Position numbers and translations under genes: made by a program. A DNA stretch of 64,000 bases from positions 37,326,001 to 37,390,000 of the forward strand of contig CM052818.1 of assembly GCA_028534125.1 (NCBI GenBank), given 5' to 3'. The notes below the pieces were generated by a model. The model was given only the letters and a program-made list of their open reading frames with translations, made no database searches and was not told the DNA's origin. The stretch comes from Lama glama. Its lineage: Eukaryota. The first letter of the stretch is position 1; the number at the start of each line of letters is the position of its first letter. Positions 49,979 to 64,000 of this stretch are shown here, piece after piece.

Positions 49979-50951
49979 ACAGACGTGGTCAAAGAAAGAC
50001 GAAGAGCCTGGTGTGGTTGGACCTCAGGGTTTCAAAGGCAAGTTGTAGAAACAGAGGAAGGCTTTTGAAGAGAAAAATAATAGAATCTAAACTATTTTGA
50101 TGGGCACTGAGTAACCTGTCTCTCCCACCTTCTAAGGTGATAATATCTAGTACTTAAGGAGGGATTACTGCATGCTAGGCAGTGTAGGACGCCCTTTACA
50201 TATGTTAATACTTTTTAACCTCAGGGAAGAAAACTGTGAGATATATACTAGAAAAGAAGAAAAAAGAAAAAACAGCTGAGGTGTACAGAGCAGCCGAGTA
50301 ACTGAATCTAGGTCATGTCTCTAATTGTTGGAGGTGTTAGGATTTGGATCCGTAGCTCTGCTCTTAATTACCAGACACGCTGAGTCTCTGTCTTCTGTCC
50401 TTACAGACTGGCATTGTCAGGTGTATTATAATAGATACTATATGCAGTGTACCTAACAAATTTAGGTATATGCTACATATCAATACATACATTACTGACA
50501 TACCTAATATTGTTAGGCTTCTTATATACATGAAAAGAACTCACTCTCAAGCTGAATGCAAGCACAGACTTTTGTGTACATCGCATTGCCATTCTTTCAG
50601 TGATTATTAGAAAGGCCATTCTGTGGTTGGTACAGGTGGAATGAATGATTATTTGGTGAATGGTAGGTGTCTGATGTATTGGCAAATCAGAATGTGTATA
50701 CACACACACACATACACACACAACCCTAAATATATTCATTTTCCTTTTGAATGGTTTGATGTGTTTTATTGCCTAGCTATAAAAGTAAACATTTTGGATA
50801 AATTGATTGTCAGTAATTACAAAGTTTATTTTCTAGGATCTGGCAGAAATTATATCAATAAACCAAAAAAGAAAAAGAAAATTCTAATTGATGAATAGTA
50901 AAACTCACTTGTCCTCAAAATAATTTTACCATGGCTTAGTATATTTATGTA

Positions 50952-50979
<28 letters not shown>
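50952..50979. repeat. (GT)n microsatellite
   Basis: Directly visible, about 14 units. Confidence 0.97.
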
Positions 50980-50983
<4 letters not shown>

Positions 50984-52056
50984 ATAGCAACTGAGTTGTC
51001 TTTTGCACCCAAACCCAAGCTTGACTTTGCCTGAGGTTGGGCTGGTCAAGACAAGGGTTTCTGGCTGCCATGTTTGCAGGAGTAAACGCTTCTCCTGGAC
51101 TTTCACACGCCTCTGCAGTGCTGCCTCGCTCTCTTACCCGGACTTGCCCTTTTCGCACACAGGCAGGACTTCTTGCCCTCTACTTCACTGCCTCCCAGAC
51201 CAGCCATGACTTCGCTATTACCAGCTGCGACCATCACTATTCCTGAACTTAGTGCGTTCACCTTTTTTTTTTCTTTCATTAGCTGAGATTTCGTCTTTCA
51301 GTATCTTTTCATTCCTTCCTTTATTCAGTGGACTTTAATCACAGTATGTTTCTGAACTATCTGGCCACGTACAGTTTAGCACTAAATTCTTAGCTCCTTG
51401 GTTATGTGGGTGAAGTATGTTGGCAAGTCTTCTGGGTTCCCCAGGCACAATATTAGACAGTGTGCCAGGGAACCCTACTTTGCTAGCTGGTAGATGGTTC
51501 CAGCCATGAAATGTACAAGGAGCTAAAAGACCTGGGTTAATACTTTGTTTGTGACCTTGAACAAATATTTCTTCTGCTAGGATCTAATTTTTCTTATTCG
51601 TAAATGAAGGAGTTTATACTAAATGTCATTTAACATCTCTAGCTTTTCTGAGAAGGGGATGAGTACTGTGAATTAATGGATTATTCAAAGAACACATTTG
51701 CCTTCGAAAAATCAGACACATTATTATATTATTATTACTGTTAACAGTAATATGTATTATTAAGTGTTAATATTAAATATTAATATTACATAGTATTATT
51801 AAATATTAACAGTAAGATACATCTAAGTAGAGTTGGAAATATAATTTTCCATGGGTTTAGAACCCTAAGTGGACGTGGTTGAAGGCAACAGTTCATGTTG
51901 GCCTCATCCTGGTGCCTGGGGTCCTCTTGATGGTAGCCTTTCTTATATGCTGTGTGAGCTTAATTGAAGGATTTGGCTTCAAGTTCTGTCATTCAGATTA
52001 TTCAGAGTGGCTGGCAGTGGCTCATTCCTGGGAGAATTTGCTAGATGCTAAGATGA

Positions 52057-52541
52057 TATAGAAACAGAGGGGTGGGGGTTGCAGGGAGGTCCTTCTCCAT
52101 GTGTTTCTCGTGTTTCTTCAGCATGTCTTGCATGTCTTCAAGAGATGAACTTGTGCATGGGTTTGGAGTGTCTTTTCAAGAATGTTTGTGTCCTGAAAAA
52201 TCTTGAAAGATGGGGACAGTGTTTCCCGCCAGAGCAGAGGGTGGGCACACTTGCTACCCATGGTAAGAGCTATGTTTCCTGTGTTTAGGGGCTTTTCTTG
52301 TAACACAGCCCACAGTGTGTGCAGTTCTCACTTGGATCATATCGCATTGCCCAAGGGAAGAGACGCTTAGATAACCAGCACAAAAAACGCTGATATTTTG
52401 CCAATGGCTATTGCTGTGAGTAATAAATTGTCCTTTATCTCTGACTCAAGAATCCTGCAGTTTCCATCAGCATCCATGAAACTGGGGTAAACAAACTTGC
52501 CACTAGAGGCTATCATCTCAGACCCTTCACAGCTCTTGAGA
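52057..52541 (+). mobile_element. LTR40-like ERVL solo LTR
   Basis: ttctccatgtgtttctcgtgtttct...tcttttcaagaatgtttgt...ctattgctgtgagtaataaattgtcctttatctctgac...cagcatccatgaaactg...atctcagacccttcacagctcttga; AATAAA present. Confidence 0.85.
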
Positions 52542-54534
52542 GGCAGATGGACACTTCAGGATTTCTTTCTAGATCCCTTTTGATCTGTCTTTCCTCGTTC
52601 CTTTCTGGAACTGGGACCACAAGAATTCGAATAACAGTGCCAAGGTCTTACAACTAATTAGCAACAAACCAGAGACTAAAGTCTTCATCTCGTGACCCCT
52701 TGATCCTGTACGTCTTTTCCAAAAGCGTTTTAAATCTAAACAGGTACTTGAAATACCCATGCTGTGCAACAGTTAAAACTTTTAATAACTTTTATGCAGT
52801 GCACCTGCTGGTTAAAAGCCCTCTGTATGTGAGTAGTCTCTAGAACTGTGCAATTAATTAAAAATGAATTTAATAGATACTTTGGTCTGGTACTTATATT
52901 TTTAAAGAAAAACACTTTTAAAGAAAAAGACAAAACACTACACTAAAACCATGGCTGATCGAATCAAAGGCAGCTTCTCGGTTAAAAGAGAGCTTATGCT
53001 GCAATTTGAAGGGAAGTGACAAATGCTACAGCTAAACCTTTGCTAGCGTTCATTTATTCTTTTGGTAACTTTGCTCAGATTTGATAAATGGTTAGTAAAA
53101 TGTTTATGCATACAGAATGAGTAATCTCAAAGGTTCTTGTAGAATCTCTCTGCATTTTGTGCTATTGTGAGGCTGAGGGACATTTCTGATTGAAGTCTAA
53201 TATGTTTTCTTACACGTTGTGAGAGAATCAGTTGAGAAGTAAAGCCGACCAGAAACGTCTTTTGTAATATCTGAGACTGGACAGGAAGTGGCAAATTCTA
53301 AAATGACAGCGAATGTAAGGGCTGAGCCCGCCGTTCCCCAGCTAACCCTAGTCGCGTATGCACCCTGTGGGCATAAATCACAGGGCCGGTTGGTTTGTTC
53401 GTTTGCTTTGTTTTGCCTTGTGTTTTTACTTATATGTTGGTTTTGTCCTCAGAGAATCTTAGTTCACTTATGTGATGGTTTTTCAGTAATAGACAGAGAT
53501 CTTCCTATCCCTCACCCCATCCTCCCCACCCCAAAATATACATCACCACTCAGGTTTGCTGTTTCCAGATAGTCTGCCTTCTGTGGCTTATGCAGATGGG
53601 AGCATTGTCTCTGTAAAATCCAAGTACTTAATCTTTATTCTGCAGGAAATCTTCGGTTTCTCCATCTGCAATTTTTCCAAGTTTATTGCTTTTCAGTCAA
53701 CTCTATTTGAATAACTTCGTCTCTGTTTCTAAGTTGAGAATAAACACATTTAGGTGATACTACAATGTAAGGATTTCCTCTGTTTAAAATTAAGCTCACC
53801 TCTGCCCTTGGTCCTTGTTGGCACGGGGGCCACAGCTTACTTCCTACTGTGTGTGACTACTGGAGAGTACATTAATTGTTTTAAAAAATAAATGTGGGGC
53901 TATTGCCTACTAAGGATTTAGGCCCTTAGGATTCTCTCTCTCTACGAACACACAATGTCCCTCCTCCACCTCTCACCTCCTGGAGATCGCCTCTCTCCCT
54001 CCTGGTAGAGGTCTGGAGGCTTACTTTCTAGAGAGATTAATGGACGAAGTGATTGAGGCACCAAACAAATGGGAAGGCAGGGCACCAATGAGACAGCGAG
54101 GGGCTGGAGAAGATGCGCGGAATCGTGAGTCCCCTGAACACCTGCTGCGGAGCCCATTCTTCTACCTGTCCTATTTATATTTTGAATTTTGGAGTCTCCA
54201 TAAAGAGAAAAGCTAACTATAGTATTTACTAACATAATGTATGAGCAAGTCTGAAATGATACCTGCTGAAATGGCATTCTGCTGGAAAGATGACTTACTT
54301 GGATTTCGATTCCTGAACCAAAACATCTGAGACACCTTGTGCGTGTGTGTGTGTGTGTTTATGTGTGTGTTTAATAGTGTCAAGATGCTCTTTGCACTGA
54401 GGACTTATGGAAATGACAGAAGTATTTGCTGAGGGAGGCTAAGCCTGACGCAAGATGAGAAATGTGCTCTAACCACATATTATGGAGTAGGCTGTATGTA
54501 CATGTGTGATATGTAATATGGTTATCACAACCTA

Positions 54535-54765
54535 GAGAAAATCGTCACACATTGGACTTGGGAACCAGACTGGATGAGTTCAACTCCTTGTTCTAACGTT
54601 AATTTTCCAATTTCTCTTTTGCTGTTTCCTCAGTAGGAATTGGGGGATAATAACGGTGTCTATCTCAGAGTATTATTCTAAGTATTATATAAGGTTAAAT
54701 ATGTGAAGCACTAAGGACAGTGCTGGTATATACTGAATGTTCAACAGAAGGTAACTGTATTTACT
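54535..54765 (+). mobile_element. MIR
   Basis: ggaaccagactggatgagttcaa...gggggataataacgg...atgtgaagcactaaggacagtgctgg. Confidence 0.7.
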
Positions 54766-55064
54766 ACATTAGTAAATGTACAAAAACTACAAATACACTG
54801 TGAATTCCAAAATGCATGGCAGGTTACCTTGAGAATTTATTGAAAATCAAAACCAATGTATTAGCTATCAGAATATTTTCTCTTTTTTATTCTTGTCTCT
54901 TTCTCTCTTTTATTCTTGGATTTACCTTCCAAGGTCTGATGATAGCTCATTATGCTGAGTGATACCTCTTCTTCAGTGAGGTCCAAGATGTTCTGAAATG
55001 TGTTCCTTGTTTCATGACTCTATTAATAAACCTGAATTTATGTGTGTTTTCTTAGAGTTTAAGA

Positions 55065-55300
55065 GGCGGTGATGTATGTTGGTTGGATGCACAGGCTTCA
55101 GAGTCAGATGACCTGGATTTAACCTCTTCTCCAGGCTTTGTGACCATGGACATTTTCCTTAAACTTTTGAGCTTTAGTCTTCCAACCTGAAAAACAGAAT
55201 TATAATAGCACCTAATTCATACTTTTGATTGGAAGATTAAATAAAACAGCCATTTAAAGCCCTCTGCACAGTACTGCCAAGCAGTTAAGTATCCAGTGAA
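55065..55300 (+). mobile_element. MIR
   Basis: caggcttcagagtcagatgacctggattt...tgtgaccatggac...ataatagcaccta...aagattaaataa. Confidence 0.75.
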
Positions 55301-58300
55301 TATTCCTTGTTCAGCCTGCTGGAGGCATGACCTCTGTCATCTTTGAGAAACCAAGTTAGTAACAGTTGATTACCTGGAGACTAGTTCTTGGGGAGGGGAC
55401 AGAAATAGTCATGGAATATTTAACATTTAAACTGTACTTTGGAGGAAAATCAGACCTTACTAGGCAGAAGCAGGGAGGTTAAAATTTCTTGGAAATTGCA
55501 TATCATAAGAGATAATAGAAAGCTTGGGATACTGTAAGTTGCCCAGTGTGGCTGGATCCCTGGGTTAGGCTGAGGCACCATGTAGAGGCCGGGCTGAAGC
55601 AGAAGCCAGAGTAGCAGAATGTTTTGTTTCCTTTGTATATTTGCACTTTAGAGTATTTATTTTTCTAAAAAATAATAAGCATTATAAAGAGGAGGAAGAA
55701 GAAGTACTATTGTTTGCCTTTGCTTTTAGGGGAATTAGCTGATTTAATAATGATGATAAAATGATGCCTATTTGGGAATGAAATCTTGACTTTTGAGGGG
55801 AATGTAGATAGATTTTTCAGTCATTGTAAAAATTATGGCTGCGTTTATGTTTGTTATAAACAAGCAAAAATGCAAAAGTTGTAGATTTAGTAGTGTTTTT
55901 CTTTTTCATTGTGTTCTGTACTCCTGGAATCCCTGGCCTGACATTTAGGATCCTACCACTGCCCCTTCAGGATCTCATTGTCCCAGATGGTCTTCTTTTG
56001 ATTATATGTATTCCCTTCCAAAATTCTACCCAAGGTCATACCCTCAGCTAACTGTCACAAAGGATAAGATCCAATAAATTATTTTGCCATAAAATATGAA
56101 TGGTCAGTAACCTTAAAGCTGTGACCACACATATTCCCCCTACACAAGCACAGCAGATTTCATATCTTACCCATAACTATTAATAATGATAGTGTGACAG
56201 AAGAGCCCCATATTGAAAAGGGAAATCCCTAGGAAAAGGGAAACCTACCTGGGCCAATTTCACCCCCCACCCCCGACCTGGAGAAGCCACCACCCAGAGG
56301 AGCCCAGTCTGCAGCTATAACATGGCTTCTGTAGAGGGACACTGTCACAGAATCTCTGGCCCCCAGAACTTCAAGGACCACAGATGAAGGGCCAAGCACC
56401 CACTCTTCGGTCTCAGAGCACTGATTACATAATTTGGTTCAGAAATGATTATCAGGCCAGCATGAGATCTCAATATGTGGACTCCAGTGAACAGTGTTCC
56501 CTTGTTTTGAGTTGTGGTCACCACCAAAGGCAGCAGCCACCTCTGAGCACCCATAGGAAATGGAAAGATTTCTGTTGAGTCAAATGAAACATCTGTCCTC
56601 TTCAAGTCACTCTCCCTTAGATGGCTATGGATAGAAATCAATTTTCCACAAAAGATGCAAAAAACCAAGAAATCTAGGAAGAGTTACTGCAGGCTTCCCA
56701 GGGTGTTGCATGCATAATCGGGAAGAGGAGTCTGGCACTATTTCTTTACCACAGTAGCTGAATTTTACCATTGACAATAGATACCTGCCTGCTTCTTTTA
56801 AGCCGTTTTAATTTTGGCTTCACTTCATAGGGTATCGATAATTAATTGCATCAACTCTACTACTTTAATAAAACTGGTCATCCACAAAGCAAATATGTAT
56901 TGCTTAATTTTCAGTTTGAGAGTTGATAACCACTGAAAATTAATCATCCATAGAAAGAGAACTAAGCAGCACTTCTAATCTCTGAAAAGATTGCCAGTCT
57001 ATTAGAGTTATGTGCTATAATCAATTTACATATAACGGTATAATTTATAAGCTCCAAATTAGATCAGCTATCTATTAGACCTAATAAAAATGGAAATGTA
57101 TTAATCAGATTAGAAAAATAAAGGAGAAAATTAGCAAGGAATGGGATGTGATACCCCTAGAAAAAGGAACAATGAGAACTTTTGGTGTGAAAATTGAGTG
57201 GGTTAACCTGGTTTACCCTGTATGCAGCAATATGCTTTTATAGATTGTTCTCTATAGTTTATATATATAAATGTTTAAAAGAACGCTCTTCTTGGAAGCT
57301 ATATGGAAGCCAATATGCCTGAACCAAAGTTCTTTATGTCACCCGTTACTTCCAAGAAGAAGTAACATTTACTGAGCACTTATTATATGCCAGGTGTGGA
57401 GCTAGGCCTGGAGGACGTAGATGTGCATTTTTGAGATTAATATTCTTGCTGAGTTCACTTTCTAAGTTATAGGCATCATTAACTATTTTCCCCCTAGATA
57501 TCCAGATCCAAGAAACACTAAGTTTTACCAATGTTTCAAAACCATATATTTTTGACATGCTGTAAAGTTTTAATGCTAATTAAGAAATCTAGTTTCACTT
57601 CTATGCTGTGTCCCTTCATTACCTCATTTTGCCCCTTTACTCATGAGCTTAGCTTGAGCCAAACTCCTGCTGAACCATCAGAGTTAACAACCGCTGGAAC
57701 CAACGACCATCAACTGCAAGAGAAAGTAACAGTGGAAGTGAAATGGCTTTGTAAAAATATTCTGTGAAGGGTAACATTTTCATGTTTTTTTTTTTTAACA
57801 TTGCTAGTTTTCTCCAAAATGAAAGAGTTTCCTACCTGAAAGAAACTGAAACAAGTAACAAAATGCCTCTGGCATCTAAGGAGCCATGACTTACACATTA
57901 GAACTCCACAGCATTCAGGGTAGTAAAAATACCTGTAGGGATTGTTAATCACGTATTTGTTGGTTTTATCATTTGAAATGTGGGTGTCCTTCTCCCTCTG
58001 TCTCCAGAGGGAACAAGGCATGTGTCTGAAAAAGGATATATCCTGTATTTAATATCTTCTGCCTAACTCAGTTAACCTGGAGTGAACTTACCTGTGCCTG
58101 AAAGAGACCAACTTATTCTAAATCTATGCTGCTAAGAACTATTAAACACCAGCACGTCAGCTTTCTCTGACAACTCTGCATCACTATGAAACAGTCATTT
58201 TTATAGTTTCTCCCTTTTTTTGTTGGCTTAATAGGACAGAAATTTATTTTCTTAGTTCTGGAGGCTATAGGTTTAAAATCAAGGTGTCAGAAAGCTCTAG

Positions 58301-58599
58301 AATATAGTTTCTCTTTAAATTATGTTTTTCTAATGTTGTGAATTTTCTCAATATTACAGTATGTCTGTAGTATCAGATAATATGTATTTATGTGGAGCTC
58401 AAGTATACACTTATATTAAGCCCATTTAACAGTCTCTACTTTGAAATAATTGGCTTTATTTATTCTTAATTTTGATCATGTTTTACATGCAGCCATTTTT
58501 GCTAGGAAATAAATTTTTAAAGAACTCAGAATAATGATATTTCTCTAGATTACTCTAGATATTTAAAACTGTCATTACGTTTCTTTTAAACCATCAATT

Positions 58600-60930
58600 T
58601 CCAGAGTTTAGAAAAGCAGGGACACTTGCCAACTCAATTTTTGAGACCAGGATCATCCTAAAAACATGAGCAGACAGAGACAGAATAAGAAAAGAAAATA
58701 CAGACTAACGTGTCTCATGAAAACGTCAGCAAAAGTCCTCAAGAAAATATTAGCAATCAAATCCAGTAATGTGCGAAAAAGACAATGCAGTGACCAAATG
58801 GGGTTTATCCCATTAACTTAAGGTTGATGCAACCTTTGAAAATTAATCAATGTAATTCATTTCCACAAATTAAAGAAAAATATGATCTTCTTAGAAGAAG
58901 CAGAAGAAACATTTGAAAACTAAAAACACCCACTTATAGTAAAACTACCAGCAAACTAGAAATACAAGGAAACTTCCTCAACTTGATAAAAGAATCTACA
59001 AAACCCTTTTAGCTAACAATGTACTTTATCGTCAAAGACAGAAAGCTTTCCTCCTGAGATAGGGAAAAAAGCCAAGGACGTCTGCTCTCACCAGTCCTAA
59101 TCAACACAGTTCTAGAGGTCTTAGCCAGTGTCAAATGGCAAAAATAAATAAAAAGCATCCAGGTTATAGAAGAAGTAATTAAATTCTACTTAATGGGTGA
59201 TATGATTGCTTATATACAATATCCTAAAGATTCTATAAAAAAGTTGTTAAAACTAATGAGTGACTTGAGCCAGGTTTCTGGCTACAAAAATAATACAGTT
59301 AGACTTCTATATACTAGTACTAAACAGCTCAAAATAAAATTTATAATAGTACCAGACACATCAAAGAGTTAGATATAAAGCTGTCAAAACAGTGCAAGTA
59401 CTGTATGTCAAAAACTATAAAATATTGATGAAAGACGTCGAAGGAGTACTAAATACGTGGATAATTTTACTTTGTTAATAGTTTGGAAGGCTCAATATTT
59501 ATAGTGTCTATTTCCCACAAATTAATATATAGATTCATTGTAATCCTAATCAAAATCCCAGTAGGGCATTTTGAATGAATTGGCAAACTAATTCCAGAAT
59601 GAAATCATTGTATATGGAAATGCAAAAAAAACCTAGAATATTTTCAAAACAGTTTTTTAAAAAATTGAAGTAATCACACTACCAAATTTTAATTTTACTA
59701 CAAAGTGATAGTAACTAAGACAATGTGGTACTGGTGATAAATTGGTCACACAAATCAATGAAATAGAATAGAGTCCAGAAATAGATCCACACATAGATGA
59801 ACAACTGGCTGTTGACAATGATTGAAGGGAATTCAATGTAGAAACGACAGTGCTTTCTGTAAGTGTTTCAGGAACTACTGACATGTAAGCAAAAAATGGA
59901 CCTTGACACCCACTCACACCAAATACATAAATTAACTCAAAGTGTATCATAGTCCTAATGTAAAACCTAAAATTGTAAAACTTACGGAAGAAACCGTAGA
60001 AGAAAATCTTTGTAAACTTGGTTTAGGTACAAGTTGCGTAGGTATGACACCAAAAGCATAATAAAATGGACTTCATTTAAAATTTAAAAACAAAGCCTGT
60101 GAAACTTTGTGCCTTCAATAAACATTGTTAGGAAAGTAAAAAGACAAGCTACTGATCGAGAAAAATATTTGCCAAACACATATCTACTATAGGATTTCTA
60201 TACAGAGTTTATAAAGAACATTCAAGGCACTAATAAGAAACAATACAATAAAGCATAAATGGGCAAAGCGTTTAAATAGACACTTTACCAAAGATAATAT
60301 ACAAATGGCGATGCAAGATGCTGAATCCAAATAATGACTGTCATTTATCACTAGGGAAATGCATTTTAAACCAAAATGAGATATCATTACATATTGGTTG
60401 AAATGGCTGGGAAGATAAAACAGGAAACAAAAAAAATCTCACCTGATACACAATAATTGTGTGACCTATGATCCAGTAATCTCACTCCTAAATTTTTACC
60501 CAAGCTAAATGGAAACTTAGATTCACACATATGTGTGTATGTTTATGGTGGCTGTACCATAATCACCTCAAATTTCAAACAACACAAATGTTCTTCAACT
60601 CTTGAATAAATAAACACACTGTGGTACATCCATACAAATGGCTACTACTGATACACACAACAATATGGATAATTCTTGAAATATGCTAAGTGCATAGTGC
60701 ATTATACTGCATATTCTATGATTCTGTTCTTATAACGTTCTACAAATCAGTGAGTGCATGCTAGGCACTGAGGGTGAGAGAAGAGATTGACTACAACCTG
60801 TAGGAATTTTCTTGGACGATGGAATTGTTCTATATTTTGAATTCAAGTGTAGAATCTATGACTATGCATTTGTCCAAACTCAGAATTATACATTTTAATT
60901 ATGCCTCAATAAAATGAAATACATAATATA
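58600..60930 (+). mobile_element. Old L1 (L1MC/MD-like) ORF2 RT-to-3'UTR fragment
   Basis: Degenerate ORF2 (aactcaatttttgagaccag; gaccaaatggggtttatccc; ggaaacttcctcaacttgataaa; aaatagaatagagtccagaaatagatccacac; aaatgggcaaagcgtttaaatagacactttacc) followed by a 3'UTR. Confidence 0.88.
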
Positions 60931-61942
60931 AAATAACTGAAATCAGTGTAAATAAAATTAAATGATAATGGATTATAAATCACATGTTCTGACTTCTTTT
61001 ATACATTCATAACTGATTTAGATGTATTTATTAGAGCTTAAATGAATTAGATGTACAGTATTTTTTTTACAACATAATGGGTTATTCAGATTTCAAACAC
61101 TGTTCTAGTCTGTTAGATTTTAGCAGCAAGATGCCAAAGTTTAACTTAATTCAACTTGTCCTGTCTCAGATTGAGTACTGCTTTTAAATACTCTGGAGTA
61201 TCATATAGACACACAACCATCTCTTCTCTTCCAATTTACGTCTCATGGTGCTATAATGAGCTTCCACGAATCTGTTTCCATTAGGACTCCTCTCACACTT
61301 TGTGGGCCTCTGAAGTGTTCAGTGCAATAAGAGCATTTCAAGCTTCATTGGAAGATATCTCAAGGCATCCAGTACTGTTGACTGTTTCATCCTGTATAGA
61401 AAAAACATTTCATTTCTTGAATTTTACATCTTCTACTGATTCCCATTCTAACTTTTTGGCTACTCCTCTGTTATTCTCTTACTGGCTTTTTTCTCTTTGT
61501 AGATGAGTTAAAATTTGCTGTTTCTCTGCTCCTGCTCTCTTTTCAGTTAACACCCTCTTCTTGGGTAAGCCCATCTCCTCCCATGCATTCAGCAACTCTC
61601 AATATGTTTATGACTCCCTGATCCCTAGTTGCCCCTCATCCCAGTATCAGTATCTTGAAGTGCAAGCTTACAGTTACTTTCCACTCTCATCTTCATCCTC
61701 CCGCAGCTCAGTGGATGGCTGCCATCTTTCTCTTCCTTCAGTGATGTCATCTCTGCAAACATTTTCATCAGTGTTTGTTGGCCTCTAGTAGTGGTACAAA
61801 AGCCTGCTTTCCTCTCAGCTAAGGATAAAGCTAGCCATTTGGTCAAATTTTCCAAAGGATGCAGCCTTGGGAGTAACCGTGTAATTTAACCAGATAACCT
61901 TTGTTCTAGAGGAACATGGGATCATATATATTTGAGATAATA

Positions 61943-62075
61943 TCTCTCTCCCTGCCCCCCACTCCGTCCCTCCCTCTCTCCCACCCCCCAACTCTCTCTC
62001 ACTCTCTCTCTCACTCCTTCCCACCCCCCGACTCTCTCTCATACTCTCTTTCTTTCTCTCTCTCTCTCTGTCCCT
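61943..62075. repeat. CT-rich polypyrimidine/(TC)n low-complexity tract
   Basis: Directly visible. Confidence 0.9.
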
Positions 62076-62639
62076 CTTATATTTCTCCTGGCTGGTAAAA
62101 TGGCCGGCATATCCCCTCCTGGTTGGAAGTTACCCCCATATGAGATAACTTGGGATATTTGCCTCGGTAAACTTCGATGTGGGGTAAGGACTGTTTTACT
62201 CTCTTACTTTGGCTCTTCTGCTCTTTCTTCCTCCTTTTCTCTGGATCTTTAACTAACATCAGTAGAGATTTGAAAGAACAAGAAATGTGTTGAACAAAAA
62301 TATAAGCATTTGAGCAACAAAGATCCATACACAGAGAAAAATGTTCCTATAGATTATTACATTAAGGGGGAAAGAGATTCATTTGTAGGGTTAGGAGATG
62401 TGTCTCTGGGATTTTAAACTAACTAAAAAATCTGGGGAAGTGTTCAATGGTATAGAATTTGGGCTTTGGGACCTCCAGGTTCAGGGAATGACAGGTAAAA
62501 ACAGACGAGCTGCCCTAGATTCTGTTCATCTGTAGCTTGTGCTGAACTCTTTTCCCACCTTGATGAACTGTTTATTCCCCCTTAAATTGAAATTAAATTG
62601 GAAGTTGATAAGTTCTAAACAATAGGAAAATACACTCAA

Positions 62640-63440
62640 CAAAATATCAAATACGCAGGCATCTCTCAGCCAGAATGAAGAAATGTTAACATTTTATGGC
62701 TTCTGCTTCAGATTTCATATTGTTGTTTTTTCAAATAAAAGATATATAACATCATGGGAGACAGTAAAGTCCTCTTTGTTCCTCGTTGCAATCATGATAT
62801 TTTAACTCCTTTTCCCAGGGATAAACATTATCCCAGATATGGTGTTTGCCTTCCTGTTCATGTTTTAATTATTTTGTCATGGTATCTATAAGTAAAGCAT
62901 TGCTTATATTGTTTAAAATATATACAGTTGCTATTATAGCCTGTGTATTATTCCAGAAGTTTTTTATTCAGCACTGTTTTTGAGATCTATCCACGTTTAC
63001 GTATATTAATCTAGTTTTTATTGCTATAAGAATTGTGTGAATGCACAATTATTTATTATTCATTCCTTAAACTGAGGACAGCCCTGGAATAGGTATTTTC
63101 ATGCATGTCATCTGTGGTCAATATGTGCACAGGTTTTTCTTGGGTTTATATGTAAAATCAGCATTGCTGAGTCACAGTTTATATATTTCATTATATCCAC
63201 ATATTGACAAGTTTCCCTCTAAAATGTTTTACCATTTATTCTTCCACCGGTAGTGAATGATTTTCAGTTTTCTTTGTCCGTGTCAAAACTTGGTAGTATC
63301 AGACATTTTTTTGTTTTTTTGAACTTAATTGGTATTAAATTACATACATAAAATTTTCCTTGATAATTAAAGAAGATGAGTGTTTCTTCATATAGTTGTT
63401 GGCCTTTGATGTTTATTATTTTGTGATTACCTATTTAAAA
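62640..63440 (-). mobile_element. Old L1ME-like antisense fragment
   Basis: ttttattcagcactgtttttgagatctatcca...gcattgctgagtcacag...accatttattcttccaccggtagtg...cttggtagtatcagac. Confidence 0.7.
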
Positions 63441-63455
63441 AAACAACAAAAACAT

Positions 63456-63999
63456 TGTTAAGGGAAACATATACGGAGATCTGTGTCCACATAGCATAAA
63501 TATTAATACTGAGAACTGAGGCCACCTGAGTCACCATGTCTACATGATTTATGCCATCAATTCTTGCCCAAGAAGATGAGGCTGTAAACCAATAAATATT
63601 TCTCTATTTGCTTCAAGAAGTTCTCACAAACCAATAGTTCTAGGCAAAGAGTGTGCCCACTGGGCAAATGGTTGCCTTACAAGATATTAGATTGTTCACC
63701 TGGGTAAACAACTGGTTTGTCAAACAACTGTTTATTTATCATGACTTACTTCAAAATCATTGCCTCTGCCTGACCACCAGAAGTATGTCACAAGCTTCTC
63801 TCAATACCAACCAGTTCTGCACGATGAAAGAACCACTTTAAATCACTGGAGCCCAAACTCTAAAACCTATAAATGTCCTTCCTTGATATCCTCATTCTGA
63901 GTCACTACTATGACTCTGACAAGGTGTTCTCTCTTACTATAATAAGTCTGATACATTTAGCCTTGGTAGATCAAAATGTCATCTTTGGGGAGTCAAAAC
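63456..63999 (+). mobile_element. ERV1-type solo LTR (MER89/MER110-like)
   Basis: TG start, TATA-like aaacctataaatgtccttcc, and a U5-like gactctgacaaggtgttctctcttac...tttggggagtc end; family assignment tentative. Confidence 0.6.
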
Positions 64000-64000
64000 T

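Noticed and set aside
61855..61880. Third copy of the proviral LTR (aaggatgcagccttg shared with the 5' LTR at about 44750)
   Set aside because: Only about 15 bp match and the flanks do not align; chance or an unrelated old LTR.
1..64000. CRISPR arrays, operons or other prokaryotic/viral systems
   Set aside because: No regularly spaced repeats or long ORFs; composition and repeat content are those of mammalian non-coding DNA.

Overview
Mammalian, repeat-rich non-coding DNA (intergenic or deep intronic). It is most likely camelid, because it carries a tRNA-derived Vic-1-type SINE at 35912-36073. I cannot support any intact host protein-coding gene: the supplied ORFs are chance ORFs or decayed transposon proteins. 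The window is a stack of old elements: L1s of several ages, L2, MIR, MaLR/ERVL LTRs and internal pieces, ERV1-type solo LTRs and hAT DNA transposons. The most notable object is a 2.4-kb, internally deleted, two-LTR provirus at 44615-47036. It combines a class III (ERVL/ERV-S-like) RNase H-integrase remnant with a gamma-type env TM remnant, and its LTRs differ sharply in CpG content (0 versus 11). Also present are an ERVL integrase split by an LTR16-like solo LTR, a twin-primed (5'-inverted) L1, an Arthur1-like hAT fossil containing an unexplained A-tailed insert, a strong CTCF motif and a candidate non-coding exon. Repeat family names come from recognition by eye and need RepeatMasker/Dfam confirmation; most boundaries are approximate. 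I found no convincing evidence of a new functional biological system.
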